A DNA stretch of 42,936 bases from Gallionellaceae bacterium (GTDB taxonomy: Bacteria > Pseudomonadota > Gammaproteobacteria > Burkholderiales > Gallionellaceae), in assembly GCA_041659125.1 (NCBI GenBank), contig JBAZYW010000002.1, forward strand, positions 1 through 42,936, given 5' to 3'. The position numbers and the translations under genes are program-made. Within the stretch, counting starts at the first letter, position 1, and every line of letters starts with the position of its first letter. The notes under the pieces were generated by a model that saw nothing but the letters and a program-made list of their open reading frames with translations, searched no databases and was not told the DNA's origin. Shown in pieces: positions 10,127-20,010 of the stretch.

Positions 10127-11128
10127 TTAGCTCTTTGGCACAAACGTAAACGCATCCGAGAAAAACTCATCATTGGGCAAACGGCATTTTTCAGTGAGTT
10201 CGCGATGCGCCGCCTCAACCACCACCGGCGCGCCGCAGGCGTAGACCTGATGCCCGGACAGATCGGGATAATCCTCTACTACCGCCTGATGCACAAATCC
10301 CGTGCGCCCGGACCATGCTTCATCCGAAACAACGGGCGTGAACTTGATGCCGTGTTGCTCCCATTTCCGCGCCTTTTTCAGCATATACAGATCGGCTTGC
10401 TTGCGCACGCCCCAGTACAAATGCATGGGGCGCTTGATGCCGATATGCATGGCGTGTTCGATGATGGCCTTGGTCGGCGCGAAGCCCGTACCGCTAGCGA
10501 TGAAGATGATGGGCTTGTCCGAATCTTCACGCAGAAAGAAAGTCCCTAGCGGCCCCTTGATGCGCATGATGTCGCGCTCTTTCATTTCGTTGAACACATG
10601 CTGGGTGAATGCACCGCCCGCGATGTTGCGGATATGCAATTGCAGAAATTCGTCGTCATGCGGGGCATTGGCCAATGAAAAACTGCGCGGCTTGCCGTCT
10701 TTTTGCAAAATGTCGATATATTGACCCGCCAAAAATTGCAGACGTTCATTGGCCGGTAATTTCAAATACAGCACCATCACATCGTCGGCGATCTTTTCCA
10801 TCTTTTGCACGCGGCACGGCAGCGTCTTCACCTGAATATCATTCCCCGTGGTGACCTCATGGCTTTCGATGACGAGATCGGACTTCGGTTTCGCACAACA
10901 GAACAAAGCCAGCCCGTCCGCTTTCTCGGCGTCGCTCAAGGCATAAGCCTGATGGTTTCCATAGTCCACCGAACCCTGTAAAACCTTGCCTTTGCACACC
11001 CCGCAAGCACCGTTGCGGCAGCTGTAGGGCAGGGTGTATCCGTGCTCCAGTGCGGCTTCAAGGATGGTCTCTTCAGGCTTGATTTCAAAACTGTGATTGC
11101 TGGGGTGGATTCTGGCTTTAAAAGTCAT
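10127..11128 (-). CDS. 2Fe-2S ferredoxin / FNR-type flavin oxidoreductase (AscD / CDP-6-deoxy-delta-3,4-glucoseen reductase-like)
   Basis: N-terminal plant-type ferredoxin motif CRNGACGVC...C, the RSFSLA FAD-binding motif, and the ASGTGFAP NAD(P)-binding motif. Confidence 0.8.
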   Translation of the reverse strand: MTFKARIHPSNHSFEIKPEETILEAALEHGYTLPYSCRNGACGVCKGKVLQGSVDYGNHQAYALSDAEKADGLALFCCAKPKSDLVIESHEVTTGNDIQVKTLPCRVQKMEKIADDVMVLYLKLPANERLQFLAGQYIDILQKDGKPRSFSLANAPHDDEFLQLHIRNIAGGAFTQHVFNEMKERDIMRIKGPLGTFFLREDSDKPIIFIASGTGFAPTKAIIEHAMHIGIKRPMHLYWGVRKQADLYMLKKARKWEQHGIKFTPVVSDEAWSGRTGFVHQAVVEDYPDLSGHQVYACGAPVVVEAAHRELTEKCRLPNDEFFSDAFTFVPKS

Positions 11129-11179
11129 GTTAATTTTGCTGGATTCACGAGGGGCGCGATTTTAACGCATAATCGGCAG

Positions 11180-12052
11180 ATGAAAAGCATTCTCATTGTC
11201 GGCTGTGGGGACATCGCGCTGCGCGTTGCGCCCTTGCTGCGTTCGCGTTACCGCCTGTTCGGCTTGGTGCGCAATATGCAGCATGCTGCGACGCTGCGCG
11301 CGACGGGCATCATCCCGATAGCAGGCGATCTGGATCATTCGCATCTCGCCCGCATCGCGGGATTGGCACACATGATTCTGCATTTCGCCCCGCCGCCGAA
11401 TAGCGGAACAAGCGATACCCGCACCCGTCACTTGCTGGCTGCGCTATCGCACGGCACTTTGCCCGAACGGCTGGTCTACATCAGCACCAGCGGCGTGTAT
11501 GGCGATTGCGGCGGGGCACGGGTGGACGAATCGCATCCGCTCAACCCGCAATCGGCACGCGCGGTGCGGCGTGCCGATGCCGAGCAGCGCATCCGCGACT
11601 GGGCAAAACGCAATCGCGTGCATGCCAGCATTCTGCGCGTACCCGGCATCTATGCCGCAGAGCGTTTGCCGCTGGAACGGCTGCGCACAGGCTCACCCGC
11701 CATCGTTGCGGAACAGGACAGCCACACCAACCACGTCCACGCCGACGATCTTGCAAACATCGTCGTGGCGGCATTGCGTCGCGGCAAACCGAACCGCGTG
11801 TACCACGCCAGCGACGACAGCGATTTGAAGATGGGCGACTACTTCGATGCGGTGGCTGGCGCCTGCCACTTGCCCCTACCGCCGCGCCTGCCGCGCGATG
11901 AAGTCGAGCGTGCAGTGTCGCCGGTGTTATGGTCGTTCATGAACGAATCGCGGCGCTTGGACAACGCGAGAATGAAGCAGGAATTGAAAGTGAAGCTGCG
12001 TTACCCGACCGTGACTGAGACCTTGGTAGCACTCAACAAAGCTGGTTCGTAA
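11180..12052 (+). CDS. NAD-dependent epimerase/dehydratase family (SDR) protein
   Basis: Rossmann N-terminus MKSILIVGCGDIALRV. I chose the ATG at 11180 because the upstream part of the ORF overlaps the divergent reductase gene. Confidence 0.7.
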   Translation: MKSILIVGCGDIALRVAPLLRSRYRLFGLVRNMQHAATLRATGIIPIAGDLDHSHLARIAGLAHMILHFAPPPNSGTSDTRTRHLLAALSHGTLPERLVYISTSGVYGDCGGARVDESHPLNPQSARAVRRADAEQRIRDWAKRNRVHASILRVPGIYAAERLPLERLRTGSPAIVAEQDSHTNHVHADDLANIVVAALRRGKPNRVYHASDDSDLKMGDYFDAVAGACHLPLPPRLPRDEVERAVSPVLWSFMNESRRLDNARMKQELKVKLRYPTVTETLVALNKAGS

Positions 12053-12063
12053 ATTTAGCCTGC

Positions 12064-12095
12064 GTTGCCCTGCCCGCTTAAGCGGGCAGGGCAAC
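12064..12095. terminator. Perfect 32-nt palindrome (14-bp stem hairpin) after the epimerase gene
   Basis: GTTGCCCTGCCCGCTT|AAGCGGGCAGGGCAAC. There is no clear U-run, so it could be a terminator or a REP-like element. Confidence 0.55.
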
Positions 12096-12244
12096 ATTCT
12101 GATTCACATATTGCATGCTTTCGATGTTGAGGTTGCCGCCGATGTCGGCATCTATATGGGGGTGCCGCGAGTTCCGGCTGCGCTTGCGTATCGCGGTATG
12201 TTTGTCCGAGTTGTCGTTGTTTGCATCATTAGTGGTTTAGTTCG

Positions 12245-12281
12245 GCGGGAGGGGAATTTATTCCTCCGCTGCCCCTTTTTT
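12245..12281 (+). terminator. Candidate intrinsic terminator inside the long non-coding gap upstream of the OMP gene
   Basis: GCGGGAGG(GG)-AATTTA-(TT)CCTCCGC hairpin with one bulged G, followed by TGCCCC and a T6 run. Confidence 0.3.
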
Positions 12282-12535
12282 GCATTCCTACGTCACCCTT
12301 GGAAACCGATTTTTAAACACCGTGGCTGTTCCTCAATTTTATATTGATGCCCAATTGACCATTGCGTTACTTGCTTGAGTGACTCATCATTGCCGTCATA
12401 GTCTGGTCGACTTAGCCACAGTCGCGTAGCACGCTACACCATCTATTGCTTGGTCAGAATTCAATCGGTACACGTGGTCACGATTCTTTCGGCGACAGCA
12501 TAGGCGCGTTATTTGCCATTGATAAGGAGTACATC

Positions 12536-13432
12536 ATGAAAGCACGATTCGCAGTATTGTCCCTCTTGGTCTTGGTCAGCTTCGAGGCCCAAGCAGATTT
12601 GCCGGGATGGGCCGGCCCCATGCAATCGGTCATGTTGGGAGTCATTTCGGTTTCGGAAGCGATGAACGCAGCGACTTACGATCCAGTTGTCGATTTCAAA
12701 AAGGGGGACGTCTATGTTGGCGGCAGTGTTGCCCGCTACAAGGTCGATCCGCTCTACGACGAATCCAGCGTGGCTAAGGTGTCAGGCGATTTCAATGGGA
12801 CCGGAGGCGGCTTCATGCTTGCTTACGGACTTTCGGATCGCTGGATGGTTTCGCTCCTCAGAACGAATTTCGGATTCGACGGTCAGGGTCAAGGTCAAAG
12901 TACAGGCTCGTGCGGATCATGTGTGCCGTGGAGCGTGCAGCTCGACCATGCAGGAATAGAGCATATCGAAGCGGTTGGTGCCTACAAATTCCAGTGGAAT
13001 TCGGTCAGTCTGCCGGTCTATTTTGGGGTCACCCAGGAGCAGTACTCCATTGATGCGGTGACGGTGCAAAGCGGCACAACTGTCCGGGCAACAGCCGATG
13101 GAACATCGCGAGGCCTCGTGGCAGGCATCGCGGCAAGTTTCCCTATTGGAGCCTACTTCGATCTGGCTCCGTATTTTCGAGGAACTAACTTCCAGGGGTT
13201 CCAAGTCAATGCGCGCATCCCCGGTACAAATACGCAGGCCACTGGTGCCTTTAGCGATAACGGGGGCTACGGAATCATCGGGCTGAAGGTTGGTGCCCGC
13301 GTTACCAAGGATTTCCGAGCCAGCCTTGACTTGGGCTCGTATTTGCGCAGCCTCGACTCGGTCAACCAGATATGGATGAAAGGCACGAAAATTCAGAACA
13401 GTGCGGCGCTGACCTTAAATTATCGGTTCTGA
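12536..13432 (+). CDS. Putative outer-membrane beta-barrel protein, unknown function
   Basis: AAGGAG RBS before the ATG at 12536. Signal peptide MKARFAVLSLLVLVSFEAQA. Alternating beta-strand-like sequence and a C-terminal ...LTLNYRF with terminal Phe typical of OMPs. Confidence 0.6.
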   Translation: MKARFAVLSLLVLVSFEAQADLPGWAGPMQSVMLGVISVSEAMNAATYDPVVDFKKGDVYVGGSVARYKVDPLYDESSVAKVSGDFNGTGGGFMLAYGLSDRWMVSLLRTNFGFDGQGQGQSTGSCGSCVPWSVQLDHAGIEHIEAVGAYKFQWNSVSLPVYFGVTQEQYSIDAVTVQSGTTVRATADGTSRGLVAGIAASFPIGAYFDLAPYFRGTNFQGFQVNARIPGTNTQATGAFSDNGGYGIIGLKVGARVTKDFRASLDLGSYLRSLDSVNQIWMKGTKIQNSAALTLNYRF

Positions 13433-13548
13433 ACCCTGCGAAGGACAATAGGGATAAATTAAAGGGGTCCGCATCGCAATATGTTTTTGCATTTCACCTT
13501 TCCTGTTCAAAATCAGTTTGATCTTCGACTCTCGCACCTTGGCCTGTC

Positions 13549-14865
13549 TCAACCGTGCATCAAATTGAGTTGTTTGGCGATGATGTCGTGATTCAGCCAG
13601 AGCACCGGGGCAGACGGAGCGGATGTTTCGTGGAACATCAACGGCCCGGTTCCTTCCAGCACCAAAGCGCTCAAAATATCGGTCACCAGCACTTTCCGGT
13701 CTTTATGCATCTGCGTGATCTCGTCGGACGTACCGATCATTAGATCGGCCAGCACCGGAGTGTTATCCATCGGCCAGGCCGCAAAATCGCGGAATGTTTT
13801 CATCACGTCGCTGGCATTGTAGTCGGCGATCTTTTTCAACAGCTGTTCCAGCGAATGCCCTTCCTGGAACAAGGCGCGGCAAGCCTGCCACTGCGCCTCG
13901 GCCCAAGCGCCGCCATTTTCTTTCTTCAGCGCGTTGAGCAGCGGGAACAGGGAAAGCTCCACACCGACAAAGATGTCGGAAGAATTGGTGCGTATCTCGG
14001 GACAGTTGTAAACCGTGGCCTTGATGCCTTTGGCCCAGGCGGCTTCGGCTATGTGTTCGAGACGCATCTTGGCTTTGCCCTGGGTATAACTGGTGTAGGT
14101 CTGCCATTGGTACTGGTCGTCAATAAGTATCTCGGTACCGTGATAGCCGTATGCCGTATAGCGCACCTGCCCGCCCGTTTTCTCCAGACGCGCGCGTATC
14201 GCCGCGCTGCCTTCGATGAGGTGTTGGAAAGTGTTCGCGGTAACCTCGTCAAAATTCATCAAAATGAGTTTGCCGAGATCGCTGTCGAGCAGCGCGCGCG
14301 TGGACAGGAAGCGCTCGCCGCAGCCTTTGTAGACGCGGTTCGCAATGGCCAGAAACACCTTCACCTTGGGGATACCGCCCGCCATGGTATGCGCGAAGAA
14401 AGCATTGCTGCCGTCCGGAATCATGCCGTCCAGCGTCGCCATCACCTGAGCCACGGAGTCTTTGAAGCGCTTTACGCCGACTGCGCGGCATTTTTCGATA
14501 TGCGGCCAATCGAGCTTGTCTTCCTGCCAGCTCTTGAGCGTCATGTTCGCCAGAAGATCGGTAGGGGTAGGCTCGCCTGCGGGGGCATCGAGATCGAATC
14601 CCGCCATCAGCGGCACATTGATGATGCGCCCGCCCAAGTTGACTTCGGCTATGGCCAGCTCTTCATCAGTCAACGCACGCAAGGCGTTGTTCTCATCGCG
14701 GCGGCCGACAGTCACGCCGATGATGGTCATCCCTGCCTTGCGCGCTTCGTTGATCAAACCGTTGGCGTAACCTCGCCCGAACAATTCGCCGAACAAGACA
14801 AAAACATCGCCTTTGCGAAAGATGTTGGTCTGAGGAAGATTTCTTAACGGAATTGGGGCAATCAT
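13549..14865 (-). CDS. Conserved hypothetical protein (438 aa), family not recognised
   Basis: A long ORF with balanced, protein-like composition. GGAG lies 8 nt upstream of the ATG. It lies 61 nt downstream of trpD on the same strand. The 330-aa ORF on the opposite strand looks like antisense artefact. Confidence 0.7.
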   Translation of the reverse strand: MIAPIPLRNLPQTNIFRKGDVFVLFGELFGRGYANGLINEARKAGMTIIGVTVGRRDENNALRALTDEELAIAEVNLGGRIINVPLMAGFDLDAPAGEPTPTDLLANMTLKSWQEDKLDWPHIEKCRAVGVKRFKDSVAQVMATLDGMIPDGSNAFFAHTMAGGIPKVKVFLAIANRVYKGCGERFLSTRALLDSDLGKLILMNFDEVTANTFQHLIEGSAAIRARLEKTGGQVRYTAYGYHGTEILIDDQYQWQTYTSYTQGKAKMRLEHIAEAAWAKGIKATVYNCPEIRTNSSDIFVGVELSLFPLLNALKKENGGAWAEAQWQACRALFQEGHSLEQLLKKIADYNASDVMKTFRDFAAWPMDNTPVLADLMIGTSDEITQMHKDRKVLVTDILSALVLEGTGPLMFHETSAPSAPVLWLNHDIIAKQLNLMHG

Positions 14866-14926
14866 AAAATGGACTCCAGTTTGATGAACGTTGCTATTCT
14901 AATAGGTTATGCGAGCCAGTTCCCGG

Positions 14927-15955
14927 TTATACGGGAGGAGTGTTGCTAATCTGTATCAGCTGCATCAGTTTATTCTTCGCCGCGCCGCTGGCGATGACTT
15001 CTGCGGCCTTTTTTACCCCGTGCGCCAAAGTATCGGCCAATCCCGCCACATAAATTGCCGCACCGGCATTGAGTAACACGATGTCGCGCGCGGCACCGGC
15101 CTGATTATCCATCACACCCGTCAACATGGCTTTAGCTTCATCGGCGTTGGCTACGCGGATGTCGTTCAGCGGCGCAGCCTTCAGGCCGAATTCGTCGGGT
15201 GTTACGGTGTATTCGCTGATCTTGCCGTCCTTCAGTTCGGCGATGAAAGTCGGCGCACTGATAGAAATCTCGTCCATGCCATCGGAGCCATGCACCACCA
15301 GCACATGACGGCTGCCGAGTTGCTGCAACACTTGAGCGAGCTTACCGGTGAGGTCGCGCAGGAAAACACCCATCACCTGATTTCGCGCACCTGCCGGGTT
15401 GGTCAACGGACCGAGCAGGTTGAACAGCGTGCGCACGCCAAGTTCGCGCCGCACCGGTGCGGCGTATTTCATCGCGCTGTGATGATTGGGCGCAAACATA
15501 AAACCGACGCCGATACTCCCGACGCAATGCGCCACTTGTTCCGGTGTGAGGTTCACATTCACACCGAGCTTTTCCAGAATATCCGCGCTGCCGCAGGTAC
15601 TGGAAACCGAGCGCCCTCCATGCTTGGCGACCTTGGCACCCGCCGCCGCCGCGACGATGGCAGAGGCGGTGGAGATATTGAAAGTCTGCACCCCGTCGCC
15701 GCCCGTGCCGCAGGTGTCGATTAGATGAACATCATCCTGCACGTTCACTTTGGTGGAAAGTTCGCGCATCACCTGCGCGGCGGCGGCGATCTCCACTACT
15801 GTCTCACCTTTCACGCGCAGCGCCACCAGCACAGCGGCGATCTGCGCGGCAGTGAGCTGTCCGCCCATGATGCCCTGCATCAGCTCCAGCATGTCCGTGT
15901 GCGTGAGGTCGCGGCGTTCCAATAACTGGGTCAGCGTCTGCGGGTAATTCATCAT
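14927..15955 (-). CDS. trpD: Anthranilate phosphoribosyltransferase
   Basis: [17 protein letters not shown] and KHGGRSVSS motifs. The start overlaps the trpG stop (ATGA). Confidence 0.95.
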   Translation of the reverse strand: MMNYPQTLTQLLERRDLTHTDMLELMQGIMGGQLTAAQIAAVLVALRVKGETVVEIAAAAQVMRELSTKVNVQDDVHLIDTCGTGGDGVQTFNISTASAIVAAAAGAKVAKHGGRSVSSTCGSADILEKLGVNVNLTPEQVAHCVGSIGVGFMFAPNHHSAMKYAAPVRRELGVRTLFNLLGPLTNPAGARNQVMGVFLRDLTGKLAQVLQQLGSRHVLVVHGSDGMDEISISAPTFIAELKDGKISEYTVTPDEFGLKAAPLNDIRVANADEAKAMLTGVMDNQAGAARDIVLLNAGAAIYVAGLADTLAHGVKKAAEVIASGAAKNKLMQLIQISNTPPV

Positions 15956-16521
15956 TTCGCTCCATTCAAAAAGTTGCGCAGCATGTCATGCCCGTGTTCG
16001 GTCAAGATCGACTCGGGGTGGAATTGTACCCCGTGCACCGCCAGCGTCTTGTGGCGCACACCCATGATCTCGCCGTCGTCAGTCCATGCGGTGATCTCCA
16101 GACAATCCGGCAGCGACTCGCGCTCGATCACCAGAGAATGGTAACGCGTCGCGATGAACGGATCGGGAAGTCCGGTAAACAAACTGTTGCCGTGGTGATG
16201 GATTAGCGAGGTCTTGCCGTGCATCAGCGTCTTGGCGTGAATGATCTTGCCGCCGAAGGCCTGGCCGATGCTCTGGTGACCGAGACACACACCGAGCAAA
16301 GGGATCTTTCCGGCGAAGTGTTTAATCGCGGCGACCGAAATACCCGCCTCGTTCGGCGTGCAGGGGCCGGGCGATACCACAAGGTGCTGCGGGTTCAATT
16401 TTTCGATCCGCTCCACAGTTATTTCATCGTTGCGGTACACCGCCACCTCTGCACCGAGCTCGGCGAAATACTGCACGAGGTTATAGGTGAAGGAGTCGTA
16501 GTTGTCTATCATCAATAGCAT
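15952..16521 (-). CDS. trpG: Anthranilate synthase component II (glutamine amidotransferase)
   Basis: [25 protein letters not shown] (catalytic Cys) and FHPES motifs. Confidence 0.93.
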   Translation of the reverse strand: MLLMIDNYDSFTYNLVQYFAELGAEVAVYRNDEITVERIEKLNPQHLVVSPGPCTPNEAGISVAAIKHFAGKIPLLGVCLGHQSIGQAFGGKIIHAKTLMHGKTSLIHHHGNSLFTGLPDPFIATRYHSLVIERESLPDCLEITAWTDDGEIMGVRHKTLAVHGVQFHPESILTEHGHDMLRNFLNGAK

Positions 16522-16533
16522 GTTCGTTTCTCC

Positions 16534-18021
16534 TTAACGATGCACTTTGGCATCGAGGCCGTCGAGCACCATCTCTGCCGCGCGCAACACCGCGCGCGCT
16601 TTGTTCTGCGTTTCCATCCATTCGCTATCCGCCACCGAGTCGGCGACGATGCCCGCACCCGCTTGCACGTATAGCGTATCGTTCTTCACCACGGCGGTGC
16701 GTAATGCGATAGCAACATCCATGTCGCCGTTGAAAGCGAGGTAACCCACCGCACCCGCGTAGATGCCGCGCTTGCTGGGTTCCAGTTCATCAATGATCTC
16801 CATGGCGCGCACTTTGGCCGCGCCGCTCACCGTGCCCGCCGGGAAAGTGGCCTTGAGCACATCCATCGCACTGAGCCCCTCTTTCAACTTCGCCTCGACG
16901 TTGGATACGATGTGCATCACATGCGAGTAGCGTTCGATCACCATCTTGTCGGTAAGTTTCACCGTACCGTTTTGCGCGACACGACCGATGTCGTTGCGCC
17001 CGAGGTCGATCAGCATCAGATGTTCGGCCAGCTCTTTCGGGTCGGCCAGCAATTCCTGCGCGAGCTCGACATCCTGTTGCGCTGTCTTGCCACGCGGACG
17101 CGTCCCGGCAATGGGGCGCACGGTGACGGTGTCGCCTTCCAGCCGCGCCAATATTTCCGGCGAGGAACCGACCACGTGGTGATCACCCATGTCGTAATAA
17201 AACATATAGGGCGAGGGGTTGATGCTGCGCAGCGCGCGGTACAGCGACAGCGGGGAAGCCGCGAAAGGTTGCACCATGCGTTGCGCCAACACTACCTGCA
17301 TGATGTCGCCGTCGAAAATGTATTGCTTGGCGGTTTCCACCGCGTGTTTAAACGCGTCTTCGCCGAATTCCGATTTGGCTTCAAAGCCGCGCAACTGCGG
17401 CGCTTCGGGGATTTTGACCGGCTGGCGCAAGGTGCGCTGCAAGGCATCGAGGCGTTGCTTGGCGTGCGAGTAAGCATCAGGTTGCGCCGGATCAGCATAT
17501 ACGATGAAAGTCAGCTTGCCGGAAAGGTTGTCGATCACCGCGAGTTGCTCGGTGAGCATAAGCAAGATGTCGGGCGTGCCAATAACATCTTTTTTCTGCG
17601 TGGACGCAAGGCGCGGCTCGATGTAGCGCACGGTGTCGTAACCGAAATAGCCAGCCAACCCGCCGGTGAAGCGCGGCAGACCTGACAACGGCGCAACCTT
17701 GAAACGCGCTTGATAGTTCTCGATGTAGTCCAGCGGATTGGCGACTTCCTCGCTGATTTCACCGGCGGGCGTGGTCAGTGTGACTTGCTTGCCGCGTACC
17801 GTGATGCGCGTGTCAGCGGGCAGGCCGATGAATGAATAGCGCCCGAAGCGCTCGCCGCCCTGCACCGATTCCAGAAGATAAGAAAAAGGCTTGTTGGCGA
17901 GTTTGAGATACAGCGACAGCGGCGTGTCGAGATCGGCGAAAGTCTCCGCGACCAGCGGGATGCGGTTGTAGCCTTGCTTGGCGAGTAATTGAAATTCTTG
18001 TTCGGTGATGGGGGACAACAT
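16534..18021 (-). CDS. trpE: Anthranilate synthase component I
   Basis: A 495-aa chorismate-binding enzyme with [13 protein letters not shown] and GAGIVADS motifs. GAGAGG RBS 5 nt upstream. Confidence 0.95.
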   Translation of the reverse strand: MLSPITEQEFQLLAKQGYNRIPLVAETFADLDTPLSLYLKLANKPFSYLLESVQGGERFGRYSFIGLPADTRITVRGKQVTLTTPAGEISEEVANPLDYIENYQARFKVAPLSGLPRFTGGLAGYFGYDTVRYIEPRLASTQKKDVIGTPDILLMLTEQLAVIDNLSGKLTFIVYADPAQPDAYSHAKQRLDALQRTLRQPVKIPEAPQLRGFEAKSEFGEDAFKHAVETAKQYIFDGDIMQVVLAQRMVQPFAASPLSLYRALRSINPSPYMFYYDMGDHHVVGSSPEILARLEGDTVTVRPIAGTRPRGKTAQQDVELAQELLADPKELAEHLMLIDLGRNDIGRVAQNGTVKLTDKMVIERYSHVMHIVSNVEAKLKEGLSAMDVLKATFPAGTVSGAAKVRAMEIIDELEPSKRGIYAGAVGYLAFNGDMDVAIALRTAVVKNDTLYVQAGAGIVADSVADSEWMETQNKARAVLRAAEMVLDGLDAKVHR

Positions 18022-18081
18022 AGTTACCTCTCTAAATATTTTCGATGACGATGAAAGAATGCAACATCCAGTGATGCGGAA

Positions 18082-18129
18082 TCACCATCGCCAGCTGATC
18101 GTCTTTGAAGAGAGGTCGTTATGTGTCAT
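18082..18129 (-). CDS. Candidate trp leader peptide MTHNDLSSKTISWRW (15 codons, two Trp codons)
   Basis: ATG ACA CAT AAC GAC CTC TCT TCA AAG ACG ATC AGC TGG CGA TGG TGA, read by hand on the minus strand. It starts 2 nt after the gph stop and ends 60 nt before the trpE ATG. It has no SD of its own and no canonical terminator follows. Confidence 0.4.
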   Translation of the reverse strand: MTHNDLSSKTISWRW

Positions 18130-18131
18130 GT

Positions 18132-18818
18132 TCAAGCATGCTTGATGAGCGGCAATACGCCCATAAGATCAGAAATCACGGCATCCACGTTGAGGCCTTC
18201 AACAGGCTCGCCGTGGTTGTAGCCATAAGGTACACAGATGATGGGGCAACCTGCGGCGCGTGCAGCCTGCGCATCGCTGAGCGAGTCGCCAACCAACAGC
18301 ATCCGTTCGATAGGTACGCCGAAAAACTTGGCCGAGTGCAACAGCGGCAGCGGATGCGGTTTCTTCTCCGGCAGCGAATCACCGGATAGCACGATGTCGA
18401 AATAATGCGCGAGGCCGATGCCTTTCAGCAACGGCTCGGTGTAGCGCCCCACTTTGTTGGTGATACAGCCCAAACGGAATCCCGCTGCTTTCATCGCATC
18501 CAATCCCGCAATCACATTGGGAAAAGGCTTGCTATCGAGCAACAATTCGGTGTAATGCTTTTCGAAAACGGGCAGCGCCTTGTCGAACAAGGCAACATCC
18601 GGCTCGGCGTGCATGTCGCCCGTGAGCGCGCGCTTCACCAGCCAGTGAATGCCGTTACCGATGTAACTCATCAGCAGGTCTTGCGACACGGTGGGACGCC
18701 CCATGTCGCGCAACATGCGGTTCGCCGCCTCCGCCAACTCCGGTGCGGTATGCAGCAGCGTACCATCGAGGTCGATGACGATGGCGGAGACGGGCAACGG
18801 GAAGTTCTTGAAACTCAT
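18132..18818 (-). CDS. gph: Phosphoglycolate phosphatase (HAD superfamily)
   Basis: HAD motif I VIDLDGTL, then ITNK and VGDS..D motifs. Position between rpe and trpE, as in many betaproteobacteria. Confidence 0.88.
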   Translation of the reverse strand: MSFKNFPLPVSAIVIDLDGTLLHTAPELAEAANRMLRDMGRPTVSQDLLMSYIGNGIHWLVKRALTGDMHAEPDVALFDKALPVFEKHYTELLLDSKPFPNVIAGLDAMKAAGFRLGCITNKVGRYTEPLLKGIGLAHYFDIVLSGDSLPEKKPHPLPLLHSAKFFGVPIERMLLVGDSLSDAQAARAAGCPIICVPYGYNHGEPVEGLNVDAVISDLMGVLPLIKHA

Positions 18819-19507
18819 TACTTCTTAACTTTAGCCAACTCTGCGCGCAATTCGCCGATGATGGTGTTGTAATGGTTCTTGTCGCTGGCGTTGTATTTGC
18901 CGAACACCGCAGAGCCGGCGACAAATGTATCCACACCCGCTTCAGCCACTTCTTTGATGTTGGCCGGGCCCACGCCACCGTCGATCTCCAGACGGCAGTT
19001 GTATTTGCCGGCGTCAATCATCTTGCGCACTTGGCGTGCTTTATCCAACACATGCGGAATAAATTTCTGTCCGCCGAAACCGGGGTTAACCGACATCAGC
19101 AACACCATGTCCAGCTTGGGCAGCGTGTATTCCAGAATATCCAGCGGAGTAGCCGGATTGAACACCAGACCCGCTTTGCAGCCGCTTTCCTTGATCAGGC
19201 CGATAGTGCGGTCGATGTGCTCGGATGCTTCCGGGTGGAAGGTGATATAAGTCGCACCCGCTTTGGCAAAATCGGGAATGATGCGATCCACCGGCTTCAC
19301 CATCAGATGCACGTCGATAGCCGCAGTCACGCCGTGCTTGCGCAAAGCCTCGCACACCAGCGGGCCGATGGTCAGGTTAGGCACGTAATGGTTGTCCATC
19401 ACGTCGAAGTGCACGATGTCCGCGCCGGAGGCAAGCACGTTGTCGACCTCTTCGCCCAGCTTGGCAAAATTGGCAGAGAGAATCGAGGGGGCGATCTGGT
19501 AGTCCAT
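18818..19507 (-). CDS. rpe: Ribulose-phosphate 3-epimerase
   Basis: [20 protein letters not shown] and [15 protein letters not shown] chose the start at 19507 (AAGGA RBS). The 344-aa ORF-track version is an upstream read-through. Confidence 0.95.
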   Translation of the reverse strand: MDYQIAPSILSANFAKLGEEVDNVLASGADIVHFDVMDNHYVPNLTIGPLVCEALRKHGVTAAIDVHLMVKPVDRIIPDFAKAGATYITFHPEASEHIDRTIGLIKESGCKAGLVFNPATPLDILEYTLPKLDMVLLMSVNPGFGGQKFIPHVLDKARQVRKMIDAGKYNCRLEIDGGVGPANIKEVAEAGVDTFVAGSAVFGKYNASDKNHYNTIIGELRAELAKVKK

Positions 19508-19612
19508 GATTTGATCCTTAGGGTTTAAATTTTGGACGCACATTCTAACCGAAACACCCGCAAACGCTACAGCGTGCTTGTCTTGCCGCGCAAAATGCGG
19601 TGAAATACGGCG

Positions 19613-19996
19613 ATGGATAAATACACGCACTACCGCATTCAAGTCAGCGTCAAGGTTCGGTATATACCTGAGCAATCCGAAGAGGCCGATAACCGTTTCG
19701 TTTTCGCCTACACCATCACGGTGAGCAACGAAGGCGAACAGTCGGTGAAATTGCTCAGACGCCACTGGATCATCACCGATGCCAACAATCATGTGCAGGA
19801 AGTAAAGGGCAAGGGCGTAGTAGGCGAACAACCGATCATCAATCCGGGACAAAGCTTCGAATACACCAGCGGTACAGTGCTAGCTTCCCAAGTCGGCACT
19901 ATGTCCGGCAGCTATCAGATGGCACTGGAAGACGGTGCGGAATTTCCCGTACCCATCCCGCAGTTTGTATTGAGCGTGCCGCGCATCTTGCATTAG
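19613..19996 (+). CDS. apaG: ApaG (DUF525) protein
   Basis: A 127-aa protein. [26 protein letters not shown]...[15 protein letters not shown] is the characteristic ApaG pattern. Confidence 0.9.
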   Translation: MDKYTHYRIQVSVKVRYIPEQSEEADNRFVFAYTITVSNEGEQSVKLLRRHWIITDANNHVQEVKGKGVVGEQPIINPGQSFEYTSGTVLASQVGTMSGSYQMALEDGAEFPVPIPQFVLSVPRILH

Positions 19997-20010
19997 CACC
20001 GGTAAGTCGC

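Noticed and set aside
12111-12347. 78-aa plus-strand ORF in the gap upstream of the OMP gene
   Set aside because: It has a non-ATG start, no RBS and an implausible sequence, and it reads straight through a terminator-like hairpin plus T-run. I treated the region as non-coding.
13855-14847. 330-aa plus-strand ORF opposite the 438-aa hypothetical gene
   Set aside because: The sequence is antisense-like (R/A/G/H-rich), has no RBS and lies fully inside the longer minus-strand ORF. The minus-strand ORF has balanced composition, an RBS and operon context.
16912-17685. 257-aa plus-strand ORF inside trpE
   Set aside because: It is antisense to a clearly identified trpE. This is the same GC-rich antisense artefact.
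19508-19852. N-terminal 115-codon extension of the rpe ORF (the ORF track gives 344 aa)
   Set aside because: The extension overlaps apaG on the other strand and has no similarity to Rpe. The conserved Rpe N-terminus [12 protein letters not shown] starts at 19507 with an AAGGA RBS.
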